64,000 bases of DNA from Dicyema japonicum (Eukaryota; Animalia; Dicyemida), in NCBI GenBank assembly GCA_011109175.1, contig RDEW01000003.1, forward strand, positions 1 to 64,000, in the 5' to 3' direction. Shown piece by piece: positions 26,909 to 40,677 of the stretch (its first letter is position 1; every line of letters starts with the position of its first letter). The notes under the pieces are model-generated. The model made no database searches. It had not been told where the DNA came from and saw nothing but the letters and a program-made list of their open reading frames with translations. The translations under genes were made by a program, and so were the position numbers.

Positions 26909-28505
26909 GAAAGCTGCTGGAAAAAAGCCTGAAAGTCCCCAACCATTGCCTGAGGTCCTTAATCCAGACGAAAAGAAAGTTTTCATCAAAATAATTCAAG
27001 AACTTGAAAACCGGATAAACAAGTAACTTTAAAAATTTCAAAGATAGATATCAAGGTCTCTGTGACTACCTGAGCGTTACTAACACAAAGTATGAATACG
27101 AGCTGAATCAGCAAATATCCGAGAAAAAGGACATAACAAACTACCTCAAGAAAAACCTTCAATCGAAAGGTTTCAATGAAATGTGTAAATTGTCAGGATT
27201 CGAAATATGTCAGCTAAATAACAAATTGACAGACTTGAATGAAGAAAAGGACAAAGAGCGGCAATCTTTTGAAAGCCAGCTGAGGTTACTAAAACAAGAA
27301 TTTCAGGAAACCAAGGACGCCTTGAGTGTAGAAAATATTACATTAGGTTTTGTCTTTTGGTTAAACTCAAAGCCGGAAAGATTGCCTCTTTAGAGGAATT
27401 CAAGGTACAAAAGGAGGACATTTTGTCAAAAATAAGCAGATTAGAAAATGAAATAAAGGAAAATGAGGTCAAAAGAAAGGAAGAGCTATATCAGCTAGAA
27501 AAACAAAACATCCTCGATCGTCACACGTAAATTCTAATAACACTAAAGACTCCAAAAAGTGACTCTGCACAAACTAATCGACATCTCGACAAAATTCCGC
27601 GAGGAAACTAATCGACAGATGGCAGAAACAACGATACGGTCAATTCAAGAGAATACGGCCTTATCTAATGACTACAAGAAACTCAAAAACAAATGTGCGG
27701 GAATTCTCGAGGAAAATAAAAAATTAAAAGAAAGGGCAGCGATTCAAAAAGTAAACGAAGAAATATCTCAGGCTGTGAAAAAAAACCTATCAACCAAGAA
27801 CATTAGCCTAATAGGGGTATGATTAGGCTAACAATCCGAAAGATCATCAAAATACTGATGGAGACAAACAAATGTCTTAAATCCAAGCTTAAAAGCCAAC
27901 AGTTCAAACAACCGATGGATGAAACTCCAAACATACAAGAAAGTGAGGATAATGAGCTGAATAATTCAAAACTAAATAATGACACAAACGACTCCCAGTT
28001 ACTTGAATTGACTATCTCGGAGTCACAAAATAATGAGTTGTTGCAACGAAATTATTCAGTTTTTCAGAGAATTTTGAAATTCTTGATCAAAATCTATTAT
28101 TTTTTAAATTCAGTATTCGGCATGCTTTATTTAGGAATTTGACAATTTAGAAAATCGCAAAATTGAGGAAGAAGAGTTAAGTTACGAATTAATTTCAATG
28201 ACTTCTCTAATAACCTCTTTAGGAGTCCACGATTCTGAGCAGGAAGAAATATATAAGAAATTACAGTCCGTCCCACATCAAGAGGAATTTGAAGAAGAAC
28301 AAGAGTAGCTTTCGTTTAATGAGGGAGATTCAAATTTTCAGCTCCAGAAGAAAAGTATTTCCACTACCGAATTGGAGATGCTGGAATAGTTCCAATGGAA
28401 AGCGATGTCTTTTTAGCAAATATAAAGAAGAAAAGATCTAGGCTGATAGGGGACAACAAAACATACATGAAATATCTTATTAAAAAAATATCCGATAAAG
28501 TTTAG
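26909..28505 (+). pseudogene. CFAP157: 5'-truncated CFAP157 copy (first splice acceptor intact)
   Basis: Same exons as 13,923-15,521; begins at the array junction and lacks an ATG. Confidence 0.8.
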
Positions 28506-29579
28506 TGATGTAATAATTTTAGATTGAGACATCCGTTAATGAAGAAATATCTTCTAATATTGTTGAAGACTAATTTTTAATGACTTTTAATAAAATAATA
28601 TTTATTTCGTCCAGTAACATATGTTCGAAAGTTCACAGGGACACTTTGATGTACTCAGTAAAGATCGATCGGATAATCTCTGAAATTGAGTCCTTTGCTA
28701 ATTTAATCAATTGAAATGTCTCCGAAATCACTCGAATTACAACGTAAGATGTTCCCTTAGACCAGTGGTTCCTAACCTGGGTTCCGCAATTTAATAAAAA
28801 TAAAAATTTTAATTAAAAAATTAGCACGTTATATATTTAGGCTCAGTTCAAAATACGGAATAAATATACCGGAAACTGCAGATTGCGTAATATGCAAGCC
28901 ATTAATGTCAGACACCCCTATTGCTCCTGTGAGATATTTACCAATGAAGCGTTCTCATATTAAAAACAAGGATTTGGCTAACATCTGTTTATCAAAAGGA
29001 AATCGTTTGCTTTTTTGTTTTAAGGAAAATCTTCATCAATCAAGGACTATATTGTATTCAGTTGTACTTGAAAACATGAAAGGTCATCCAAAAGCATACA
29101 TGAAAACATTGTCGTTAATCTTCTCTTTTATAGGCTTTCATAAGGAAGACTTACTGTTAGTTCCTGTTTTCAAGATAATGCTAATCATTTTTCAATTATT
29201 TTTACGTAATTTTTAATTTAGATGAAATTTACTGTATTTTATAAGTTATGACGAAATCAATATATTTTTTATATAATTAATTGGTCCAAGAAAAGTCTGC
29301 ACTCTTTTTTTTATGTCACCTTGATGACCACCGGCAGATCACGTTCTCTCGTGTCCTAGCCCGCTATATATGTCTTCCCCACACGTAATTAACCCTTTGG
29401 ATCTCTGGGAATGTCAGTTATTGACAGTTGCCAGGCAAAAGGCCTGATGGTCTCAGGTTAGTTTTTAATTATAAATTATATAAAAAGATTTAAATTATTT
29501 GATCCTACAGGAACAACTTATTGGTTGTTTTACAGAAAATATAAGAAAGAATATTTTAAGTCAAATAAAATTAATCAAA

Positions 29580-30065
29580 TTAAAATTGGTCTTCAACGTG
29601 GAAGTATTCTCCTTTCCAGTTTTTTCTGAACAATTGACCTTTCCCGTTTACTCTGTAAACGTATGTCCCGTCAAGATTTACATATACGACATGTTCTCTA
29701 ACATGATTATTTCTTCTTTTTTTAATAAAATAAGCTAAGAATTTTTCATATAACAATCTCATTAGCTCAACAAAAACATCAAGGAAAACTTCAGATAGTG
29801 TCATCATAAACATTCTAAAAACATCTGGAAACAGTTGATAACACATTAACATTATTTCTACGCAAACACTTGGATTTATTGTCGTATGATACACCATGAA
29901 TGCTATAAATATGTTAACGTCGATCTCCTCGGGATAGTTATTTAAAAAGTATAGAAAAACTTCTATATCCAACATGTTTGGGTATTCTAAATTATAGACG
30001 TTAACCAACCGGTCATTTTTAACAATTTGTTTCGTTCGTAATTCTTCTCTTTTATAGGCGTTCAT
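29580..30065 (-). CDS. Intronless 161-aa ORF of unknown function, copy C
   Basis: Identical translation to 16,593-17,078. Confidence 0.4.
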   Translation of the reverse strand: MNAYKREELRTKQIVKNDRLVNVYNLEYPNMLDIEVFLYFLNNYPEEIDVNIFIAFMVYHTTINPSVCVEIMLMCYQLFPDVFRMFMMTLSEVFLDVFVELMRLLYEKFLAYFIKKRRNNHVREHVVYVNLDGTYVYRVNGKGQLFRKNWKGEYFHVEDQF

Positions 30066-30974
30066 AAGGAAGACTTAACTGCTACTTCCTGTTTGTCGGT
30101 ATATTTAAAATTCAATTTCAATTTATAGTTTCTAATTTACTGAGCCACTATGGTAGTTGCCTCAACTTATCAATGAACTCACCCTACATCAACTACTACG
30201 AACCGATCTAAAACAAACCTAAAGAAGATCGCCTTCCATGCAACAGTTACACAAATCCTCCAACGTTTCTCGACTATCCTGTTACGACCGACACTATCCG
30301 AAACTCTTATGAAGAGAACGGAGGATCAAATAATAACCCCGAAATACCGGTGTGTTCTCCAAGTTTATAGAAAGTCTGTTGGGTCGCGGGAGGAATATTA
30401 AGAAAAGTTGAGAAGGCTGCTAAGCGAAGCAGGAATCACCTAGTGGACTGTATAATAAAGACCCTTGGAAAATCTAGTATTGTGGTGAGATCAAAAAGCT
30501 TTTATATTTATCTTTAACTCAATGAGCTTAATTATAAGCTGAACACACTAATTAACTGGCTGCGATTTCATGTCTTTTTTTATGGCATCAGCTGGTCCAA
30601 CTATTCAGAGGAAACCACATGTTGTGTTGCAGATGAGGAATCAAAGTTAACAAATTCCACTCCATTGAGTTTTATTGGTAACCTCTTAGGTGGTGTACCA
30701 GTGATGTCTAACATTACTACGGAAACCAAATCAAAGAATTTCGTCAACATACCTCCGAATTCTTTGCTAGTTTACGGGACTGACTATTTCGCAATTAAAT
30801 GACGCCATATGGGCTTTAGTTCGAAAGATCTGTAAAACTTTCAAACACTGAAGTAGATTTTGGAGAGATTCGAAGAAGATTTTTGTACTGTAAGCCCAAT
30901 TATTATTTATTATAAGCAGCATGCGTAAAATCATAATAGTTATAATTTCACTCGTGCAGCATTTAATCCACTTC

Positions 30975-32170
30975 CTCGATCGTAAGATAGATCCTCGATC
31001 GTAAGATAGTTTCCTTAGATCGTCCAGGTAGTCTCCACCTTTTAGACTTTTGTTTACGAACTTTAGATTTCCGTCAAGTGTTTTGTAATACGCCGGCGTC
31101 CACGAAAACACGGTCGCTGTCTCATGAAGTAATCCTCCATTGCTATGCTGGATCACTTAAGTCCATACTTATGATATGTCCAAATAGCCTCCAACGCATA
31201 TCAACAATTTCGAGACTTAGTGGACCCGTACAACATCTCTTATATAGTGATTCCTTGTTTATTCTTGCTGGCCAGTTCAGATCTAGTAAGGATCTAAGTT
31301 GTCTTCGATGGAAAGAGTCAATTCCAAGTTGTTCAGTTTTGGACGTCCCTAAGGTCGATGAATTGTATATTAGGATCGGCTTGACAAAGGCTTCACACAA
31401 TCTCAAACTAAGTGATGTGCAGGATCGTCGTTTGTCAATCCACTCTTTCTTCAACTTGTTCATCTTTACCCAAGCGATGGCCTTCCTTCTGGCAATATTT
31501 TGACTGTCTCCAGGTAAAGAGCCAAGTTTTTTTCGTTTTTCGCCATGTTTCACTTGATCTGCTTTCCATTCTCCTGATTTCCACAATGTCGGATTTTGCG
31601 GTGTTCATTCCAAGGAATCACCAATTTGTTTTTTGACACAAAGAAGACGTCGTCCGCGTAAGCAATTTCGACGATGTTGTAATGAGTACCAACATTGCAC
31701 GTAAATTCACAGAAAAACGTCTTACCGACCCGCACTCTGAGCTTCGTGCTAGCTAGCAACACTCTGATCATAATGACAGAACCAGGGTCCAAGAATTGTT
31801 CCAGTATCCTGATAAGTAGACCACAGCGGACCGTGTCAAAGGCCCTAGAGAAGTCTATTCCCAGGACTGTTGTTGCACTTTCAAATCTCTGGTTGATAGC
31901 GCAGCGCCACTTGTTGCTCATACTACATCAGCAGTGGATCTTCCTGTCCTGAATCCACTGTGACTAGGGGATAGATAGTTGTCAACTTGTTCTCTGATTC
32001 GGTTTAACGTAACTAATGCCAGAAGTTTCTGTAAGGTGTTTAGCAGGATTATTGGACGTAGGTTTTCAACAGGACCAGCATGCTTGTTAGAGTTTCCATT
32101 TTCTTTGATCCCAAATAGCTGAAATTTCGGATAGACAAATTGCCAAGATCAGTAATCAAATGTGGGAATA
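30975..32170 (-). mobile_element. RTE fragment, copy C
   Basis: ORF 31143-31586 ends RWRLFGHIISMDLSDPA, typical of RTE; ORF 31550-31921 has the RT motifs. Confidence 0.88.
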
Positions 32171-32174
32171 CCAC

Positions 32175-32460
32175 GTTTAAACATTTTTTAATTAGTCGCA
32201 GAGGACAAGGTCTCCATTATGGCCTGCATGCATTAAACACGCAAAGCGAGTCACTCCTCGTGATTGCCAAGCCGTCCAATTAACCTGATTAACTCAGACG
32301 TGCTCAGACCAAGAACGCCAGACGCCTCAACGGAGATCGGCTGGAATACGAACAGATCAGTAATTCCGCAGTACTTTCCCCTTTTCGAATCTTTAGTATT
32401 ACTCGCTGCAGAAGCCGTGCGCAACGACGACTTGATCAGATTTACGGCTGAGAAAGTGTT
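32175..32460 (-). mobile_element. CRE 3' fragment, copy C
   Basis: Matches 19,182-19,467. Confidence 0.8.
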
Positions 32461-33482
32461 AGTTTCTTCAATTTATACCTCCTTTGTTGCTTCTATTGCA
32501 CCAAAACACCATATTTTCATGCTTGAGTCGCCGCATAGGATCAGGTTTTTGCAGAACTTAGTCATCTTTTTTCATTTCTCGAAAAATTTTCTGCAGAACT
32601 TCCAACTGCGACTCATCCATATTGTTTGAACGTCTATTACCACAAATTCACATTAGGGAGATCCAATGACTTAGATTTCACGTCTCTAGATCATATCTGT
32701 AGAACAAAGGTGTTTCCGTCCCAGCAACCGGCCTTCCGCTTATCTTATCTTCAAAGCTTAGGGGGAGGGGGTTTCAAAGTTTGATCTTTTTCTCGTTTAT
32801 AATGAAGATATCGACTACTTTGACCGCCATCAGAAAAGGTTGTTCTCTGTTTTTATTCTTAGCACAAGATTTTCAGACCATGGATTATTTTTACATAGTT
32901 CTCTGGGCCCTCCAGAACCAGAGCCATTATTTTTTAGTAAATTCACCTCCGACTGAAAACCATTGTCTTCCTTCTTACCGTGAACCTGGAAGAGATGATT
33001 GAAACTCAAATTTCTGAAAAAAGGAATTTTCGGGTGAACGTAAGATCCGGATTCTATTCCGTCCAACCAAAAATTAGAAGAACTTGAAGGATCAAAAAAA
33101 TCAAAATCAGATTTTAATTTAGCCAATTTGATGGCTTCAAATTTTTTAAACAAATAAGAAGAATAACTTAAAATATGACTAATATCCAAATCCATGAATT
33201 CAAATCGTTAATATTAGAATATTTCCTTAGAAATTACTCTTGCTCTTTGTCCGTTGAAAAAGTTTCCAAACCAAATTTTCAATTTTTTGGAACGTTAGAG
33301 CCAAAATATTCCTAGTGAGTAATTTCCTCTGAATCGAGTCAAAAGTTTTCCGTGGTTTCAAAAAACGTAGAACCACATGTTAGAACAATTTATGAATGAT
33401 TGAAATTTATTAATGAATTTACTCTTTATTAAAATAAAATAAATATTTAAAAATAAATCTTTTTGTGTTCATTGATTCGTTT

Positions 33483-36400
33483 ATGAGTACGGAAATACTG
33501 GAAGAGGATAATGACAATAACAATCGAGACATACAAATACCCGGTGATTTAACAGACTTTCAAGCTTCTGTCCACTTATTTCAGTTAATTTACGACCGCA
33601 GGGGTGCGAGAAAACGAAGATTATCTGAAGCATTCTTAATTTTGCCTTCAAAAGAGGTTCTTTATTCTAATAAATAATAGGAAAATCCTGAATATTACCA
33701 AATTATCACAAATCCAATGGATATGAAGTCGGTCGCCTGCAGTATTAAGAAACGTGATAAATCCTTCCCAGAAGTTGTGAGTGGTCTAAAGCTTATATTT
33801 GACAACGCCATGTATTACAACGAGGCTGACTCTCAAATTCATAAAGTACTATATTTATAAATGAAGGATGCCAATACACTAAAAAACACAATTTCCTCTT
33901 TTATTGAGGACCCACATGCTTATAATCTGAACAGAGATCCCTCTTCGTTTTACAAATTGGTAGCTGATCTTCAAAGCAGTGACGAAGACGGAAAAACAGA
34001 TGACGAAGAATGCAATAGTTCTGATTCCCAAGGTCCCTTAGATTCCGTCCCCTCACAGAGTTTGCTTCAGCAAATTATTTTTCTCATTCAAAGTCGGATC
34101 GATGAGTTGTATAAACTTTAAACATTGTAGTCCCAGCTACGTGTTAGACGAGGGAAAAGTCACTAAGGAAATGGATGAATTTAGTAAACAAAAATTTCGA
34201 AATTTGGGAGAAATGCGTGCAAAATTTTCATTATTTTTGGAAAATAACCCAAGTCTTGACTTTAATTTTTCCCTTTCTTCTGAAGCTCAGAGATTATTTG
34301 CCGAGTACGATCGCCTCTATACAAAATTGAATGACGCATTTCATCACCTTTTATTAGTACAGGGAATTTTTAGTTTTAGGACATTGAAGAGTCTACTATT
34401 TTGCATATTCAGAAAATCCCCGAAAAATCGAAGAATTCTGATTATTATAAAGTTGTAGACAAGCCAATTGACCTGAAAATGATTTTTTCTAAGATTAACC
34501 GGGTAGAGGTACTGATTGGCTATATTTGCAGTATAACCACGTGAGTGAGATGATCAACGATTTCAAATTACTGATAAGAAATGTCAGAGTCTATAACGGG
34601 CCAAAGTCTCAAAACGTCCAGGACCTTACTGTTCTTTCTAATAGACTGGAGAAGTTCAAATCTTCCAAAAGTTCAAAAATGAGGTTATTTAAACAAAACA
34701 TCCAGAATTGATAATCATAGCTCAGTGCAGTCTGCCCTTTCTATGCTTTATAAAAATCTCACATCTTTGACTGATGACGATAACCGACGATTGTCTACTC
34801 CCTTCAAGACCCTTCCTTCAAAAATTGTAATATTGATTGATAATTTGTAGAAATTTAGGGAATACTACGAAATAATATCCCAACCTATCGATTTAAAAAC
34901 AATTAAAGATAACATTTCTAAGAATTATTATGCAAAAATTGAGGATGGGTTCAGCGATTTTAAGAAAATGTTGGACAATGCGCTCTTTTTTAATGATCCA
35001 CGCTCTCAAATATACAGGGTTAGGACTGACTACTTAATCTAGGATACTTTACAATTATATCATTTACTAGTGGAAAATATTTCACATTATTATAGGCAAA
35101 CAAGGTTATTGCCTGATCATCAAGTCGAAACTTTTCTAGTCTTTGTGGCAATTTTCGTAAATACTTATAACCTAAAGGTGAAATTATCAGATAAATATTA
35201 GGATGAGGAATCTGTGTGTTCAGATAGTCTGTCATCAAAGGAAGTTGAGTTTTACACTGATTTGTACGATGACGAATTCGACGCCTTCTCCAAGTCTCAG
35301 ATATTAGAGCACAAGTAAGTAATATTCTCTACTTAGAAATTACTTAAGTTGGGATAAAATTGCCAAACGTTTATTTGAGGTATTAAGATGTATTATTTTA
35401 GGGATTTTACCGAAGATTGGATGCATTTCAGAATGATATACTCACAACCATAGAATACGGCATTCAATTCTCACAGTCAGAATCGATGGTTGCTTGTTTT
35501 GTAAAGTTAGATGTATAACTATTCAATCAAACTAAGAAAATTCTACTATGATTGTAGAGACAAAATGACTGAGAAAGGGAAGGTGCTATGGTCTCCAGCA
35601 TTGAAGAATACCGCCTCGAATGATTCGCTTTTTCTTCCAAAGGCAGATTCTGGAATAGAATTAGTATTATTGCTTATATACTCCAGGACACATTCCTGTC
35701 TATAAGCCTTAATGGGGACTCATATTCTGTAGGGGATTACGTATATATCAGATTAAAGTTAGTCTTGTAGTTATCCCAGTACAGGGCATAAACGAATTAT
35801 GCTGATTTTAAATTTATTTAATTATTCTAACACGACTTTTGCCAGAGGACCCACATTTTATTACCCACATGAAGTTTTGAAGATGTGTGAGGAAATTGGG
35901 AGTTTAAAAGCTATGAATCAGGTTTTTGCTTTGTTTTACTCCAAGGAAGTTTTCAAAGCAGTTGAGAATTCTGAAATATCTGTTCAGTTTTTTGAGGGAA
36001 AGTGTTTTATTTTATGCATAAATGATTACTATAATTTGTACCCACAAGTTTCAACCGTGTATTTACTGTAGAATTTTGATAGTGGGGATGTGTTTGTGTG
36101 TGAGTTCTCATTCTGTTTAAAGAATAAAAAATTTATAAAAATTGATGTTTTCAGTTTGTTTTATATTTAGAATTGGGATACTATTTCTAGTTCTGTGAAA
36201 CTCATTCAGAGGAATACTAGTGTGGACAATTTTCGTCATGATTTCAATTCCGAGTCTTTTTCTTACATGTCTAATGTATTACTAACCTTGTATGTTTAGT
36301 TTAATATATATTCGAAATTAATTGAAAGAAAGCAGCACTACATTCAAATCAACGGTCCATCTTTGATGGGACTTTTAAGAATTGGTAGGTTTTATGTTCA

Positions 36401-37680
36401 TTTCAGGCTTTTCTTACTTGATCAGAGTGGGGGATGTGGATAAATGTATTTTGTGCGAGCAAATTTGGATGTTTAAAACAGTTTGTAATATTTAGTGAAG
36501 AAAATGGTGAAACCTATATTGAAGGAGTAATATATGATTTTATGCAAAATTATGTGTCTTCTAGTTTGTCTCCTAGTGGATTTTTTCAAGTAATACTAAC
36601 GCCTTTTCGACATCGGTGTTCACTCAACCATGTTAAGTGCCGAGTTGATATTGTTGGGTTTAACAAATTCTGTTCATGTATGTGTTTTGACTTTATATTA
36701 GCTCGATCAACCGAGATCCCTAATTACAGAGTTTTATTGTGTCGTGACGCTGTTCACAATGATTTGATTGTCCCTCTTCCTAATGATTACATTTGCCCAA
36801 AAATTTTGGTTTGAATCTAATGCCTTTTTCAAACAAGATGAGATTTTTCACTTCTCGGGACCTTTCCCTTTCTCTGTACGATTAATGTTTATTTTTTCAG
36901 CAATTTGTTTCCTGTGGTGAAATGAATAACGTTTATGCTGCAGATGCAGTGATGCCGATGACTATATTGACAAATTCTTTTAGTCATCAACTTTATGGGC
37001 ATAATTTGGATGCTATTATGAGTAATTGTGGATTATATTGTTAGATACCCCCACATCTTTTATGCCAAAGAAACGAAGAGGAAGGAAAGTTCATAATTTA
37101 ATGTTAAGTGGCAGAGTAAATCTTTTCTGAGGGATCTTCAAGCTGAACAAGGTAGACCACCGCTCAAACTAGAAATGCATCGGTGTGTGACAGATATTCA
37201 GGAGTTACATAGTTGCTTACTATTTTATTTGAAGATCAACCACCTCCCTCGCAAATTAAAAAAATATCTGATTCAGGTTCCACTGGTTTTTCTATCCAAC
37301 GACAAACTCATTCTGATTTCCAATCACGGATACCTAATCTTTCTGTTTGTGCGAACACTTTGATGTCGAATTATCCATGTAAAATGAACGTCCCTGACGA
37401 ATCCCCTAAGTCTCAAGTGCGACCTGAATTGTTGGATGTTTATGGAAAATTCATAGAAATAATGAAAAATAAGAGAAAATTATTAAGCGATTGGGATTCT
37501 TATTTGAATTTTGGTATTAGAGACCTTAAGCGTCCAATTGATGCTCGTGTTGCTGAAATTTTGTTACAACAAGATTTGGGGGGATTGAGTCAAGAACAAA
37601 TTGCTGTTAAATTGGTGCAATATAGGGACCAGTTAATTGCTGATTTAATTAGTATCTCTTCTTGTATTAATAAAATGTAA
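33483..37680 (+). CDS. PBRM1: Polybromo-1, copy C
   Basis: Near-identical to copies A and B; local differences near 36,790-36,930. Confidence 0.88.
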
Positions 37681-37779
37681 TCTTTATTTTCAAAATATGA
37701 ATTAGTAAGCAGTTCTCGTGATTGAGCGAATTATCACTTGCAATTTGTAAGGAAATGGTTTCGATTAACTATATAATTA

Positions 37780-39365
37780 CAGTCGAAAAAACATTTCTTC
37801 TTTCATTAATACCGGATCAGTCATTTCAAGATTAATTCAAATAGATGAAGTTAAACAAGTTTCTAATGAAGTCAATCAATTTGAAAAACTTGACGAATTA
37901 ACTTTTAATGCTTTTCGTCGTTTGAGGGATGATTCCTTTTCTATTTCTGGTACTTTAATCAAAGCCATCGCGAAAAAAATATCGACAAAATTGAATTATT
38001 CAACATCTTTTAAAGCCTCAAACGGTTGGTTAGACAGATTTAAGAAGAGACATGATCTGGTTTTTAAAGCCATTTGTGGTGAAAAAAATTCAGCAGATAA
38101 AAGTAATTTGGCAAATTTTTTCTTTCAATTCGATAATTTGTTGAAAACTTATGGTCATGAAAATATTTTTAACTGTGATGAAACATCTTTGTATGTTAAA
38201 AAATTTCCTTCAAGATCTTATGTCGAATCTATAGAAACATGTCATGGTACAAAATTCAGTAAAAAAAGAGTAACAGTTCTCCTTTGCTGTAATGCATCAG
38301 GAAATAAATTAAGACCCCTTGTTATTGGAAAATACAAATCACCTCGTTGTATGAAAAGTTTGCTTAATTATATTTTAACATAGATTTTGATTGTGAAAAA
38401 TTCGGTATTTTATATGCAGCGTCAAAAAATTCCTGGATGAATAGAGAAATTTTCAAAATGTGGCTTTCAAAGATTAACGACGACTTTCTCTCACAAGATA
38501 GAAAAATACTTTTAATAATGGATATTACTACATGACATTATTTATTGGAATACTCAAATGTTAAATTGTTTTTTCTTCCGAAAAAGACAACATCTTTGAT
38601 TCAACCTTTAGACATGGGTATAATAAAGTGTTTTAAAGTACATTACATAAACTTCCTAATGGATTTTATGCTCAATTTGGAAGAAGATACAACAATTAAT
38701 CTTAAATTTTTAAAAAAAATATAGATATGCGACAGATTATGGTACTTGCTAAAAAGGCGTGGATGGAAGTTAAAGAAACAACAGTAATTAATTGTTGGAA
38801 GAAAATTGAGGAAAATAAAGAAGAATCAGTTGAAGATAAAAATTGTGGGGAAGAACTCCTGGAAGAAATAGTAACTGAAGTAATATCTGAAGAAAACGAA
38901 GATCTAGTCAAGAGTTGCGAGTTTTATAATGGAGTTAACACAGGGGACATAACAACGATGTCAGAAACTTATGAAATGATGGATAAGTTAGAGAATGTAG
39001 CTCAAAATACATTTTTTGAGACATTACAAAAATATTATAAGTTTAAATTTCAACTTGGAAAAGATTTAAGAAATAAGAAAAATTTGAAATTGACTGATTA
39101 TTTCAAAAAATGCTTTAAAAATAATGATTTGTTAATTAATAAAAATCGAATAAAAAACATAGAATAGAAATCTATCAAACTATAGAGCAAAAAATCACAA
39201 CTTATTTTATAAACACTTTGGAAGAGATGAAGAAGTTCCTTTTTCGCAAAGTAAACAAAAATTTAAGTTAAATCAACCATAAATCAATAGTTTGAACCAA
39301 ACCCCGGTTTTGGAGGGCACCCCGCTTTTTAAGGCACTTTTATGCCCCACCCCGGGGTTCGACTG
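37780..39365 (+). mobile_element. Tigger/pogo transposon, copy C
   Basis: ORFs 37922 and 38727; right TIR ends at 39,365 followed by TA. Confidence 0.9.
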
Positions 39366-40677
39366 TAATTAACACACCCATCCAAAGTGGACCCTTCCGA
39401 CATTATCGACGTTGCGTTGCTTCTCACGACTGCAACAGAGATCAATTGGAGAAGTCTCCGGGTCTCACGCGTGTCGTGGTTTTTTACATTAACTATATCG
39501 GCTGCCCCTCATCCTTTTTACTATCAACGGCGCGTGAAGAGTAGAAGAAGGAATCCCAAAATTTCCTATTCGACGGACTGGAAATATCAAGGTTATCGTT
39601 TTTCCATAATTATTTCCTTCAGTATAGTTTTAAGACTGAACTACAGTTCAAGTCATCCTTTCCAAAACATTTTTGAGTCTCCTGTAGATTTAGCAAAACA
39701 AGAAGTTAAATTTATTTATTAACCCCAAGCTTACAATTTTTGGTAAGCTCAGCACAAACAGTCAATTATTAATCCAAGGAAGGAACCCAGCGGAGAACTT
39801 CTTGTCCATTTTCCAATAGTCCATTACATGCTTCCGCTTTTGATGGGAGGTGGAGAAGTAGGTTCACCCTTTACCATTTTATCGCACGTCTTACCGGCGC
39901 GGACATCACTTTATTCTTTAACAAAAGAGTTTTCATAATGTAATCTTCATCAGTGATTTAATCAGCGACAAAATTAAAATAGTCAAAAGTGTACTCTTAA
40001 TAATTATCCAGGTGGTAAAGCTTGGTGAAAAAAAATATTTGAAAAAATTTTAAGATTTTCCGTGCGTTGTTCTGAGATATCAAGGTCACTTTGCCAAGCG
40101 TATTCAATGCTTATAGAACAAATTATTTGTATAGTAGCTTAAACGAATGAATAGAAGATACTGGAGAATGTAAAAAATTCTTAAAATTACTCGGGGCTAC
40201 CAGGTTCACACGAGACTTTTCGGCGGTTCTTCAAAAATCAAAGATGTTTAATGTCTCTTGCACGGACCATGTCAACTCGACTCTTCGATATTTTGCTTTA
40301 ATCACGAGATCAGCACCGTACGATTGAGTTTCTTGTTATAGTCAGAAATTCCGAAATTAATATTATTAATAGCACGTTTGTTATCTCAGCTACGTCACCA
40401 ACCATTTAACCAATGAACACTGAACTTGGCAAATCTACATATTGGAGATTTTCGATATTGGGGGTCATTTTATAGCTCAACTGATTCTTATAAACTGGTA
40501 AATCCACATTGTTATCAGTGCATAAGACTATTAATTTTAACAATTATCACATTGAAACTGACAATTCTCTTTTGTAAGTGAAAAACCAAAGTCGATGTTT
40601 CTAAATTGTTTCTTTGACAATGGAAAACATATTGTACTTAATATTATTCTGATTTTTTTATTCAAGACAATTATTTA

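Larger units (their letters stand above)
26909..39876 (+). repeat. Tandem segmental repeat, copy C (12,968 bp)
   Basis: Ends at ...CCCTTTACCA (39,876), followed by unique TTTTATCGCACG instead of CFAP157 sequence. Confidence 0.97.
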
